Counted from the first letter of the stretch, positions 19,460 to 29,170 are shown. The stretch is 49,120 nt of DNA from Firmicutes bacterium HGW-Firmicutes-1 (GCA_002841625.1 PHAG01000016.1:1-49120), one strand, 5' to 3'. Notes: generated by a model not told the origin, from the sequence alone. Translations and numbers: made by a program.

Positions 19460-20749
19460 ATGGGTTTAATAAAAGCAGCACTTCATGCAGCATCAGGTAC
19501 GTTATCTGATCAATACAAAGAGTTTATATCTTGTGATTCCATGTCAATGGATGTATTAATTACAAAAGGTCAAGTTAAATTATTTCAGGGCAGCACAAAT
19601 AAAGGCAATAGCAATATCATAACAGATGGTACACGCGTTGCAGTAGCAGATGGACAATGCCTTCTCATCGTTGAAGATGGAAAAATAGTCGAATTTTCCG
19701 CAGAGTCAGGTGAATACATTTACAACACGGGAACCTCTCCATCCTTATTGACGGGAGGAATGGAAGGTCTTAAGAAGAGTTTCACAACGCTTTGGAACAG
19801 AATTCAAGCTGGTGGACAACAAGATCATGAACAAAGAGTGTACTATGTAAATATGAAAGAGATTATGGGCAATAAAATTGGTGCAGGTGATATTCCTTTT
19901 AGAGACAGTGAATTTAATTTTACAATGAAAATTAGATGCTATGGTGAATATTCCTATAAAATAACCGATCCATTGATGTTCTATTCAAACGTTAGTGGTA
20001 ATGTATCACAGGAATTTTCTCGCAATAATATTGATTCTCAATTTAAAGCGGAAGTTCAACAAGCACTTCAACCAGCGCTTGGAAGAGTTGCTTTAAAGAA
20101 AATACCATACGATCAACTTACGCTTTTTACAAAAGACATTGCCAACGAACTTAACCAAGAATTAACTACGGATTGGGTAGAAAAAAGAGGTATCTCGGTA
20201 ATATCCTTTGCCCTCGCATCTGTTACACCTGATGCGGAAAGTGCAAAGAAGATTGAGCAATTCCAAAGCAGTCGAGTATATACGGACACAAACATGTTAG
20301 GCGCAAGAATCGGTGAAGCACAAGCCAATGCTATGGAAAATGCTTCTCAAAATGAAGCAGGTGCTATGACAGGCTTTCTGGGTATGGGATTTGCTCAACA
20401 AGCTGGAGGCATGAATGCAACAAATCTATTCGAAATGAATCAACAAAAACAATCAGGTGCGCCTCAACAACATGGCGCCTCTCAACAGCAAGAAAAGCCT
20501 AGTTGGACCTGTGAATGTGGTCAAAGCAATACAGGAAAGTTCTGTGAAAGTTGTGGCAAACAATCACCTTCAAATATAACCACATCCTCAGACGGATGGA
20601 CTTGTGAATGTGGTACGATGAATAAAGCGAAATTTTGTGCAAACTGTGGAACAAAAAAACCACTTGATAGCATTTGTGAAACTTGTGGGTTTGTAGGAGA
20701 CAATCCATTTAAATTCTGTCCGGAATGCGGTGCAGAAAACAAATTATAA
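19460..20749 (+). CDS. SPFH (Band-7-like, YdjI/virion-core-protein-like) domain protein with three C-terminal zinc-ribbon repeats
   Basis: N-terminus MGLIKAAL... and a roughly 300-aa SPFH-like core. Q/G/A-rich linker. Three CxCG-x(8-10)-CxxCG repeats at the C-terminus (CECGQSNTGKFCESCG, CECGTMNKAKFCANCG, CETCG...CPECG). Confidence 0.5.
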   Translation: MGLIKAALHAASGTLSDQYKEFISCDSMSMDVLITKGQVKLFQGSTNKGNSNIITDGTRVAVADGQCLLIVEDGKIVEFSAESGEYIYNTGTSPSLLTGGMEGLKKSFTTLWNRIQAGGQQDHEQRVYYVNMKEIMGNKIGAGDIPFRDSEFNFTMKIRCYGEYSYKITDPLMFYSNVSGNVSQEFSRNNIDSQFKAEVQQALQPALGRVALKKIPYDQLTLFTKDIANELNQELTTDWVEKRGISVISFALASVTPDAESAKKIEQFQSSRVYTDTNMLGARIGEAQANAMENASQNEAGAMTGFLGMGFAQQAGGMNATNLFEMNQQKQSGAPQQHGASQQQEKPSWTCECGQSNTGKFCESCGKQSPSNITTSSDGWTCECGTMNKAKFCANCGTKKPLDSICETCGFVGDNPFKFCPECGAENKL

Positions 20750-20814
20750 ATACCGTAGACCATTGTATAATTTGAAAAGAACTCTATTTGTGATAGATGT
20801 TATGTTCTTAGGCA

Positions 20815-20998
20815 GTCGATAAAAGCATTTTTTCTGATAGGTGTATTGATTATTGGCAGTAAGTGTTCATTTTTCTGGCCTTACCCTACGGCCGGTCGGG
20901 CGAAAAATGAACACTTACTGCCTTTATATTTATCTAGAAGAAAAAATGCTTTTATCTCTGTTTGGTTAATTGATGATAAATTAAATTGTCAATAACCT
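20815..20998 (+). repeat. copy 2 of the roughly 185-bp structured palindromic intergenic element
   Basis: Aligns end to end with 5094-5279. Its 21-bp stem carries a compensatory double change (c>a in the 5' arm, g>t in the 3' arm) that keeps perfect pairing (20865-20922). Confidence 0.8.
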
Positions 20999-21201
20999 GA
21001 GAACATCAATTGCATAGATTTCTTTTTTATCAAACGTTTATCAAAATAAACTAGATAATTGTCTCAACATAGGATAAAATGTTTTTATCCAGTAGGAAAG
21101 TTCTACTTTCCACGAAGCATAGAACAAAGCGTTAGAAAGCATAAATTATTATGTAACGCGCTGACAAGCGCTTTGTTATTAGATATGTAAGGAGTAGTCC
21201 C

Positions 21202-24200
21202 ATGGCAGTTTCATTTACGGACGAGCAACAAAAAGTCATTAATACTAGAAACCGAAATCTTTTAGTATCAGCCGCTGCAGGTTCAGGCAAGACGGCTGTA
21301 TTAGTTGAACGTATTATCAAGATGGTTACAGATATAGACAATCCAATAGATATTGACCAACTTCTTGTGGTTACATTTACAAATGCGGCCGCCGCGGAAA
21401 TGAGAGAACGTATTTCTGATGCAATAGAAAAAAAGCTTGAAGAGAATCCCTCCTATAAGAGATTACATAAGCAATTAGCATTGTTATCCAATTCAAATAT
21501 AATGACCATCCATGCTTTCTGTTTGAAGGTAATCAAGAATCATTTTAATGAGATTCAATTAGATCCAAGCTTTCGCATTGGAGATGAAAACGAATTGATG
21601 CTTCTCAAAAATGATGTGTTAAAAGACTTGATAGAAGAAAACTATGAAGAGAGCACTGAGGATTTTTTGCATTTTGTTGAAAGCTTTTCTAGTTCTAAAT
21701 CTGATGTAATCATTGAAGAACTCATTTTAACATTGCATAGATTTTCAATGAGCAATCCTTGGCCACAGGCTTGGCTTGATTATCATATTGAGAACTTAAA
21801 TATTAAGGATGAAGCTACTTTAGTCGAGGCAGGTTATTATAAAAGTCTAATACATAATACTGAGGTTTCTATAGAAGAATTCATTCAAATACTAAAAGAA
21901 GCTAAAAATATTACATTACAAGAAAACGGTCCATTACACTATAAGGATACGATAGAGGCTTATATAGAACAGGTAATTAAAATTCAAGAGACATTAAACC
22001 AAGGTTATATTAAAATCAAGCAAGGGTTTGATTCATTTGAGACCTTAAGATTAAGTGGGAAGAAAATAGGATTTGATCCAGTACTGAAGGATCGAGCAAA
22101 AGGTTTGATCGATTTAGCTAAAGATAAACTTGTTGAATTAAAAGAAAGTAATTATAAGCATGATATTAGTGATGTTATAAATGATATTCAAGGTACTTAT
22201 AAGATGATGAAAGTACTTGTGGAGTTGACTAAGTCATTTTCAGAGCATTATCAAATTGCAAAAGAAGAAAAAAATGTAATTGATTTCAATGATATTGAAC
22301 ATTATGCGCTAAATATTTTAGTAGCATATGATGAGGAAAATGAGCTTAAACCAACTGGGGTTGCAGATATTTACCGTGATTTGTTTGCTGAAATTTTAAT
22401 TGACGAATACCAAGATAGTAACTTGGTACAAGAAACCATTTTGACTTCAGTTTCAAAGGAACGAATTGGAACACCAAATATGTTTATGGTTGGGGATGTT
22501 AAGCAAAGTATCTATAAATTCAGATTAGCAAAGCCAGAGCTTTTTATGGATAAGTATGCAACTTATAGCCAAGAAGACAGTCTTTTTCAACGGATTAACC
22601 TTCATAAGAATTTCAGAAGTAGATCACAGGTTGTTGATACAATAAACTTCTTTTTTAAGCAGGCAATGTCTAAAGATATTGGAGATGTAACTTATGATCA
22701 TGAAGCAGCTCTTCATGTTGGAGCAAGCTTAGATGAGCTCTTTGAAGAACAACTCGCTACTGAAGTGATTATCGTTCATCAACAGGATGAAGATCTTGAA
22801 CCAGAAGCTGATTTTACACAAAAGCAGTTAGAAGCTAAAGCAATTGCTAATAGAATCGTCCAGTTAGTACGTGGTGAAGATAAGACTAAGATTCTTGACA
22901 AACAGACTGGAGAATATAGGAATATTCAATATAGGGATATCGTAATTTTGCTAAGAACTACATCAGGGTGGACGGATATCATCTTAGATGCGTTAGGTGA
23001 AAAAAGCATTCCTGCATATACAAGCACTACTACAGGATATTTTGAAACGTTAGAAATAACAACTATGATGAATTTACTTAAGCTAATAGATAACCCAAGA
23101 CAAGACATTCCGCTTGTTGCTGTACTTAGATCTCCAATTGTGGGGCTAAAAGGGGAAGAATTAGTAAAAATAAGAACCGCCTTAGATGTAGAAATGTATG
23201 ATGCTATGCTTTGGTATGTAGAAGGTTGTATTGAGGAAGATGTATTAGGTATTAAGCTAAATAAGTTCATTCACAAACTCAATTATTTTAGAAAAATATC
23301 TCGTTATATGCCGATGGATGAGTTGATCAATGAAATCTTTGAAAAGACGGATTATCATCATTATACAGCCCTAATGACAAATGGGGTTCAAAGAAAGGCA
23401 AATTTAGATATGTTTGTTGATAAGGCAGTTACCTATGAAAAGTCTAGCTATAGAGGTGTTTTCAATTTTATTAGATATGTTGAAAACATTCATAAATACG
23501 ACATCGATACTGGAGAAGCCACTGTATTTTCTGAACGAGATAATTTGGTTAAAATAATGAGTATTCATAAAAGTAAAGGCTTGGAATTTCCTATTGTTAT
23601 TGTTGCAGCGTTGGGGAAACAATTTAACAAGCAGGATATTAGACAATCTATTGTATGCCATCAAGACTTAGGAATTGGTGCTGACTATGTCAATTATGAA
23701 GATAGATATAAAGTGGAAACGTTGCCTAAAAACATCATTAAAAATCAAATGTTGAAAGAGCTACTTTCAGAAGAATTGAGAATTCTTTATGTTGCCTTGA
23801 CTAGAGCCAAGGAAAAGCTAATACTAGTCGGAGCTGTTAATAACCTTGAGAATAAAGGGATAAAATGGTGTGAAAGTCTTTATAATAAGGATGAGGTTAT
23901 GAGTAATCATTATATGAACAGCTGCTCTTGTTATTTGGATTGGTTGATGGGAGCATTTATACGACATCCTAAGGGTAAGAAAATTAGAGATTTAATAGAC
24001 TGTGAACTAAATGGACCTATAGCATTTTTAGACGATCCTTTACTTATTGATTTCCAACTAGTAAGTCCAAGTAATCTTTTAGACGATACAAATGAGGATT
24101 CTATTACGAAGGAAGAAGAGCTAATTCATAAGCTCAGTCAATGGAAAGAAGAAACAATGAATTGTGATGATGATATTTCTAAAAGGCTAGATTTTAAATA

Positions 24201-24858
24201 TGGCTTTGATGCACTTGTTTTTTCTAAGGTGCAGATGTCTGTTTCTGATGTGAAGAAAATGCATGAAACAATTGATTATGATAATTTTGAAAAACCAGCA
24301 ATCGTACCTAAATTTGTTGGTGAAGAGGAAGGCCTTAACGCTGCTCAGAAAGGAACTGCCTATCATAAGGTTATGTGTTACCTTGATTTGACACTTGAAC
24401 CAAACATAGAAAATATTAGAGCATGCTTAAGTAACTTGCAAGAAAAGAGCATTTTAACAGAGAAAGAAGTAGCAAGTATTCATGAAAGGTCGATTATAAA
24501 TTTTTTGAAAAGCAACTTGTGTAAAAAGATGGTTCAAGCCATTGATACTTTGAAACGAGAAACTCCTTTTGTAATTGGTATTCAAGCAAGTGAGATGTAC
24601 GTTGATCTAGAAGAAGAAACAGATGATATTATTATGGTGCAAGGTGTTATTGATGCTTTTTATGAAGAAGATGGGGAAATTGTACTTATTGATTATAAAA
24701 CTGACTATATTGAAGACGGGCAAGAACAGGTACTAATTGACCGGTATAAAGAACAAATGGATTATTATAAAAGAGCACTAGAGCAAGTCCTGGACAAAAA
24801 GGTTAAAGAGGTTGTAATTTATTCTTTAAATGCTTCAAAGGAAGTCAATGTTTATTAA
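21202..24858 (+). CDS. addA: ATP-dependent helicase/nuclease subunit A (AddA; UvrD-type SF1 helicase plus C-terminal PD-(D/E)xK nuclease)
   Basis: N-terminus FTDEQQKVIN...LLVSAAAGSGKTAVLVERI...LLVVTFTNAAAAEMRERI matches AddA. C-terminal VIDAFYEE-DGEIVLIDYKTD is the RecB-type nuclease motif. 1218 aa. Confidence 0.9.
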   Translation: MAVSFTDEQQKVINTRNRNLLVSAAAGSGKTAVLVERIIKMVTDIDNPIDIDQLLVVTFTNAAAAEMRERISDAIEKKLEENPSYKRLHKQLALLSNSNIMTIHAFCLKVIKNHFNEIQLDPSFRIGDENELMLLKNDVLKDLIEENYEESTEDFLHFVESFSSSKSDVIIEELILTLHRFSMSNPWPQAWLDYHIENLNIKDEATLVEAGYYKSLIHNTEVSIEEFIQILKEAKNITLQENGPLHYKDTIEAYIEQVIKIQETLNQGYIKIKQGFDSFETLRLSGKKIGFDPVLKDRAKGLIDLAKDKLVELKESNYKHDISDVINDIQGTYKMMKVLVELTKSFSEHYQIAKEEKNVIDFNDIEHYALNILVAYDEENELKPTGVADIYRDLFAEILIDEYQDSNLVQETILTSVSKERIGTPNMFMVGDVKQSIYKFRLAKPELFMDKYATYSQEDSLFQRINLHKNFRSRSQVVDTINFFFKQAMSKDIGDVTYDHEAALHVGASLDELFEEQLATEVIIVHQQDEDLEPEADFTQKQLEAKAIANRIVQLVRGEDKTKILDKQTGEYRNIQYRDIVILLRTTSGWTDIILDALGEKSIPAYTSTTTGYFETLEITTMMNLLKLIDNPRQDIPLVAVLRSPIVGLKGEELVKIRTALDVEMYDAMLWYVEGCIEEDVLGIKLNKFIHKLNYFRKISRYMPMDELINEIFEKTDYHHYTALMTNGVQRKANLDMFVDKAVTYEKSSYRGVFNFIRYVENIHKYDIDTGEATVFSERDNLVKIMSIHKSKGLEFPIVIVAALGKQFNKQDIRQSIVCHQDLGIGADYVNYEDRYKVETLPKNIIKNQMLKELLSEELRILYVALTRAKEKLILVGAVNNLENKGIKWCESLYNKDEVMSNHYMNSCSCYLDWLMGAFIRHPKGKKIRDLIDCELNGPIAFLDDPLLIDFQLVSPSNLLDDTNEDSITKEEELIHKLSQWKEETMNCDDDISKRLDFKYGFDALVFSKVQMSVSDVKKMHETIDYDNFEKPAIVPKFVGEEEGLNAAQKGTAYHKVMCYLDLTLEPNIENIRACLSNLQEKSILTEKEVASIHERSIINFLKSNLCKKMVQAIDTLKRETPFVIGIQASEMYVDLEEETDDIIMVQGVIDAFYEEDGEIVLIDYKTDYIEDGQEQVLIDRYKEQMDYYKRALEQVLDKKVKEVVIYSLNASKEVNVY

Positions 24859-24879
24859 TGTTATAACGGAGGTAAGTAT

Positions 24880-25530
24880 ATGTTTTTTAATAGAATGAAT
24901 ACCAATATTGAGAAGTGGATAGGAGTATATTTAGAGGCTGTCACCAATAGCTATTCTTATTATATGTCAGCAATGGAAAAACTTCTTGTTGGGACTGATA
25001 CAGATACAACAAAACAATTAATGCAAACAATGGAAGAGTATGAAAAAAAGGCAGATGAAATTCGGCGCCAGATTATCAGACAAATGTTAGAGGGTGGAAT
25101 TCTTGTTGACACAAGAGTTTCATTGCTTAGGATGATTGAAGACATTGACCGAATTGTAGGGATTTGTGAAGATATTATTCAAGAAATCTATATGCAAAAT
25201 ATGATTATACATGATATTGTTAAGAATCCGATTAGGGAAATTCATGAAATAACAAATAAGCAGCTTGATTTGATGGTATATGCAGTAAAAGGAACCGTTG
25301 AAAAATATGATGTGAATGAAATGCTGAATGATATAAGAGAGATTGAAAAGCTGGAGACAAAGGTTGACATTATTGAACATGATATCATTAAGAAAGTGTT
25401 CGATTTACCTATTGGACTTGCAGAAAAAACGCAAATGAGAACTCTTATTGGCCAAGTTGGTAATTTAGCGGATATTATTGAAGACGTTTCTGATGAAATT
25501 GAAATTATTATGATGACGAGAAGGGTATAA
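24880..25530 (+). CDS. DUF47-family (PhoU-like) phosphate-transport accessory protein
   Basis: All-helical 216-aa protein immediately upstream of a PiT transporter, a conserved pairing. Composition typical of TIGR00153/DUF47. Confidence 0.65.
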   Translation: MFFNRMNTNIEKWIGVYLEAVTNSYSYYMSAMEKLLVGTDTDTTKQLMQTMEEYEKKADEIRRQIIRQMLEGGILVDTRVSLLRMIEDIDRIVGICEDIIQEIYMQNMIIHDIVKNPIREIHEITNKQLDLMVYAVKGTVEKYDVNEMLNDIREIEKLETKVDIIEHDIIKKVFDLPIGLAEKTQMRTLIGQVGNLADIIEDVSDEIEIIMMTRRV

Positions 25531-25533
25531 TTC

Positions 25534-26475
25534 GTGATGAACCCATTGTTACTTGCAGGAGCATTTTTAGGTTGGGGTTTAGGCGCAAATGATTCAGCAA
25601 ATGTGTTTGGAACAGCTGTATATACAAGGATAGTGAAGTATTCTACTGCTATTATTCTGACAGCTCTATTTGTTATCATTGGAGCTTTTTTTGACGGTGC
25701 TCATGGTATAGAAAAACTTAGCACATATGCATATAACGGAGGAATTGATACTGGAATGAAAGCATTCTTTGTTATGCTTTCTGCTGCAATTACTGTTGCA
25801 GCGATGACCTTTCTCAAACTACCCGTATCAACCTCACAAGCAGTAATTGGTGCAATTATTGGTGGGGGTATTAACCGAGGGGCTACAGATTTCTCAGCAG
25901 GAATTCAGTTTTTTAGTGCATGGGTATTTACTCCAATTGGTGCTATGATTATTGCCTATGTATTATATAAATTTACTTGTAATAAGATTGGATCTAAGTT
26001 AACTGAATTTAGATTCTATGAAGCTTTTATTCGTTTTGGATATATTATTTCTGGAATTTTAGGTGCATATTCCTTGGGTGCTAATAATGTAGCAAATGTT
26101 ACTGCGGTTTTTTCAGGACAACTTCATATGTTGAATGTGCAACAAGCTGCTTTATTTGGTGGTATATCTATAGCAATTGGAGTTTTGACCTTTAGTAAGC
26201 CTGTAATGTCAACAGTTGGTGAAGGGATTGTTCCACTTTCTCAAGTTGCTGGCTTCGTAGTTGTTATTGCAGTAGCAATTACTGTCTATATTTATGCTAG
26301 GATCGGCATCCCTGTTTCTACATCTCAAGCAGTTATTGGGGCAATCATGGGTATTGGATTCCATTTAGGTATTAAAACAATTAACATGAGAGTACTAAGA
26401 AATATACTGTTTGGGTGGGTTGGAACACCGATCATTGCTGGAACAGTAAGTTTTATATTAAGTTTATTTTTATGA
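25534..26475 (+). CDS. pit: inorganic phosphate transporter, PiT (PHO4) family
   Basis: GANDSANVFGTAV and GANNVANV signature motifs duplicated in the N- and C-halves. Polytopic membrane protein. Confidence 0.85.
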   Translation: MMNPLLLAGAFLGWGLGANDSANVFGTAVYTRIVKYSTAIILTALFVIIGAFFDGAHGIEKLSTYAYNGGIDTGMKAFFVMLSAAITVAAMTFLKLPVSTSQAVIGAIIGGGINRGATDFSAGIQFFSAWVFTPIGAMIIAYVLYKFTCNKIGSKLTEFRFYEAFIRFGYIISGILGAYSLGANNVANVTAVFSGQLHMLNVQQAALFGGISIAIGVLTFSKPVMSTVGEGIVPLSQVAGFVVVIAVAITVYIYARIGIPVSTSQAVIGAIMGIGFHLGIKTINMRVLRNILFGWVGTPIIAGTVSFILSLFL

Positions 26476-26563
26476 TTTATAATTGTTATGTATAATTTCT
26501 TGTAAATCATCCTATAATCAAGCTAAGAATCATTATCAAAGTTTGAGGAAAAGGGTGGATTTT

Positions 26564-26746
26564 ATGAAGGAAGATACAAATAAGTTTACTGAAAACGATT
26601 TGCTTAAATATGAGATTGCAGAGGAGCTTGGTTTAATAGACAAAATTAACCAAACGGGATGGAAATCATTAACAGCAAAGGAAAGTGGAAGAATTGGTGG
26701 CTTAATGACCAAAAGAAAAAGAGAGAATAAATCTGAAACAAAATAA
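26564..26746 (+). CDS. small acid-soluble spore protein, alpha/beta type
   Basis: KYEIAEELGL...G...T.KESGRIGGLMTKR matches the germination-protease and DNA-binding SASP motif. Start moved to ATG 26564 behind the RBS aagggtgg; the 26483 start adds an unlikely hydrophobic extension. Confidence 0.8.
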   Translation: MKEDTNKFTENDLLKYEIAEELGLIDKINQTGWKSLTAKESGRIGGLMTKRKRENKSETK

Positions 26747-26763
26747 ATTCGAGGTGATTATTT

Positions 26764-27519
26764 GTGGGCTATAAAAAGTTCGCTAGTGTATATGATGTTA
26801 TGATGCAAGACGTGCCTTATGAACAGTGGGCTAATTATCTTGAAGCTATTATGGTTAAGTACAATGTTAGGCCACAACTTTTATTAGATCTAGGTTGTGG
26901 AACAGGAACGATAACTCAGTTATTTGCAGAAAAGGGTTATGATACAATCGGAATTGATTTGTCAGAAGATATGTTGATTGTTGCAAAGGAAAAAGCGCAA
27001 AAGTCTAAGCTGGATATTTTATATTTGTGTCAGGATATGACTTCCTTTGAATTATATGGTACTGTAGGCTGTATTATATCAGTTTGTGATAGTTTAAATT
27101 ATATTACGGATGAACAAGAGCTGCTCAAAGTATTTAAACTGATTAATAATTATTTGGAGCCTGGGGGGCTTTTCATATTTGATTTGAACACAGAGTATAA
27201 GTTCGAGAAAATTCTAGGCGATAATACCTTTGCGCAAGCCTATGAGCGGTGTGCATATATTTGGGATAATTATTATTACGAGGATGAAAAGATGAATGAA
27301 TATCATCTCACCTTATTTGTTGAGGAGAACAATAACTATTCAAGATATGAAGAGTTACATTATGAAAAAGCGTATAGTATTGATTGTATTAAGCTTTTAT
27401 TGAAAGAAGCAGGACTAAAATTAGAAGCAATCTATAATGACAATACATTTGAAGAATGTGAAGCTACATCAGAAAGAATTTATATTGTAGCTAGAGAACA
27501 AATGAAGGAGAAACAATAG
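26764..27519 (+). CDS. class I SAM-dependent methyltransferase
   Basis: LLDLGCGTG motif I and an acidic motif II (IGIDLSEDM). Confidence 0.7.
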   Translation: MGYKKFASVYDVMMQDVPYEQWANYLEAIMVKYNVRPQLLLDLGCGTGTITQLFAEKGYDTIGIDLSEDMLIVAKEKAQKSKLDILYLCQDMTSFELYGTVGCIISVCDSLNYITDEQELLKVFKLINNYLEPGGLFIFDLNTEYKFEKILGDNTFAQAYERCAYIWDNYYYEDEKMNEYHLTLFVEENNNYSRYEELHYEKAYSIDCIKLLLKEAGLKLEAIYNDNTFEECEATSERIYIVAREQMKEKQ

Positions 27520-28394
27520 TGAACGATTACATAATTAGAGCTATGGCAGCAAACAACCAAATAAGTGTAATATCTGCTACTACAAAAGAGTTGGTAGAGA
27601 AAGCAAGAGAATTACATCAAACATCACCAGTGGCTACAGCTGCACTGGGAAGACTTATGACCGCAGCTGCAATGATGGGAACTCAATTGAAGGGTGAAAA
27701 CGATCTATTAACATTACAAATAAAGGGTTCTGGTCCTTTAGGTGGTATGGTAGTTACTACAAATGCGAAAGCAGAAGTGAAAGGATATGTATATAATCCA
27801 GAGGTGGAACTTCCACTTAACAATGCGGGAAAGCTAGATGTATCTGAGGCTTTAGGATTAGGAATCATGACCATTATAAAAGATATTGGTCTTAAAAAAC
27901 CATATATTGGACAAACTCATTTGGTATCTGGTGAAATAGCAGAGGATTTAACCTATTATTTTGCAACATCAGAACAAGTACCCTCAGTAGTTGCATTAGG
28001 TGTACTTATTGATAGAGATTGCACGGTTAAGCAAAGTGGTGGCTTTATCCTTCAGCTTTTGCCAGATGCAGAAGATGACTTAATTGATAAGTTAGAAGAA
28101 AACATATCAAAAATGCCATCGATAACGAGTTTATTAGAAGATAATTACTCACCAGAGGACATTATTAAGCTTGTTCTTGGTGATTTAGATCTAGTGATTC
28201 ATGAAAAAGTTGAAACGAAATTTTCATGTAACTGTACAAAAGATCGAGTAGAAAAAGCTTTGATTAGCGTAGGTAGAAAAGATATTCAAGAAATGATTGA
28301 TGATGGAGAGACAATAGAGTTGAATTGTCACTTTTGCAGTAAAAAATATAATTTTACAATTGATGAATTGGAAAATATATTAATAAAATCTTAA
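27519..28394 (+). CDS. hslO: redox-regulated chaperone Hsp33
   Basis: N-terminal DYIIRAMAANNQISV..ATAALGRLMTAAAMMG plus C-terminal CxC...CxxC zinc centre (CNCTKDRV, CHFCSKKY). Confidence 0.9.
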   Translation: MNDYIIRAMAANNQISVISATTKELVEKARELHQTSPVATAALGRLMTAAAMMGTQLKGENDLLTLQIKGSGPLGGMVVTTNAKAEVKGYVYNPEVELPLNNAGKLDVSEALGLGIMTIIKDIGLKKPYIGQTHLVSGEIAEDLTYYFATSEQVPSVVALGVLIDRDCTVKQSGGFILQLLPDAEDDLIDKLEENISKMPSITSLLEDNYSPEDIIKLVLGDLDLVIHEKVETKFSCNCTKDRVEKALISVGRKDIQEMIDDGETIELNCHFCSKKYNFTIDELENILIKS

Positions 28395-28438
28395 AATGAC
28401 TCAAATGCGTCATTTTGAAAAAATAATGAAAAAAATAC

Positions 28439-28467
28439 TTGCAAAAGCATTTTTTCAGGCGTATAAT
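28439..28467 (+). promoter_or_regulatory. consensus sigma-A promoter TTGCAA-17-TATAAT in a gene-free region
   Basis: ttgcaa 28439-28444, exact 17-nt spacer, tataat 28462-28467. Confidence 0.6.
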
Positions 28468-28557
28468 ATATTTAAAGGAACTTTCCGGAAGAGCCTTTTC
28501 AACGAATAAATGTCATACGTAAAGTAATTTACTAAAACATTTAAAAGGAGTGGTTGT

Positions 28558-28605
28558 ATGAAAATGATACTCCAATTGGCAGGTCGCATAAGGGCAGTTA
28601 AGTAA
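28558..28605 (+). other. 15-codon micro-ORF (MKMILQLAGRIRAVK) with strong RBS aaaaggagtgg
   Basis: ATG 8 nt after the AGGAG, about 85 nt downstream of the consensus promoter. No homology assignable. Confidence 0.3.
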
Positions 28606-28860
28606 GGCCCACTATGATTAGTTGGGCGAAGAAGCAGTATATTTTTATATCTTATCGTAAATCAGATAAGTATAATTGCCAATAAGTTTGATACTTTAAT
28701 GATCATGATTGATGAATATATTGAAAAGATCACTACTATTGGCAAGCTAAAAAAATGGTTATTGATGGAGATAGTGAACGGACATTTAGTTTGAGGTTCA
28801 TTATTTGGAATAATATCAAATAATGAATAAGTGAGTATGAACGAATTATAATGATGAGTT

Positions 28861-29170
28861 ACGGATTATTTTGGAATAGTAGAAAGTTAATTGTATGTTT
28901 AGTAAAGAATTTATTTTGTAATATGTTATTATTATGATTTAGTTAAAGCTAATTATATGTTTGGTTAAAAGATTATTTTGTAATAAGTTTATTATGATTT
29001 AGGTAAAAGCTAATTGTATGTTTAGTTAAAAGATTATTTTGTAATAGTTTATTATTATGATTTAGGTAAAAGTTAATTGTATGTTTAGTTACAGATTATT
29101 TTGTAATAGTTTTTGTTATTATGATTTTGGTAGAAAGCTAATTGTAAGGATTTACGATTTTGAACGGATG
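28861..29170. repeat. array of five decayed, contiguous copies of a roughly 62-bp AT-rich tandem repeat (gattattttgtaatagtttattattatgatttaggtaaaagctaattgtatgtttagttaaaa)
   Basis: Contiguous units that diverge only by drift. There are no unique spacers between them, so it is not a CRISPR array. Confidence 0.8.

Noticed and set aside
21132-21341. 69-aa minus-strand ORF across the addA start
   Set aside because: It overlaps the addA RBS and N-terminus, and AddA homology in the plus frame is unambiguous.
26483-26563. N-terminal extension of the SASP ORF (MLCIISCKSS...)
   Set aside because: The hydrophobic, Cys-rich extension is atypical for SASPs. An internal ATG at 26564 with a good RBS gives a canonical 60-aa SASP.
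28393-28416. Terminator after hslO
   Set aside because: aaaatgac-tcaaatgc-gtcatttt hairpin, but the T-run is inside the stem and followed by A's. Plausible but not convincing.
28861-29170. Possible CRISPR array
   Set aside because: The repeat units are contiguous and each copy is the whole 62-bp period. There are no unique spacer segments and no cas genes.
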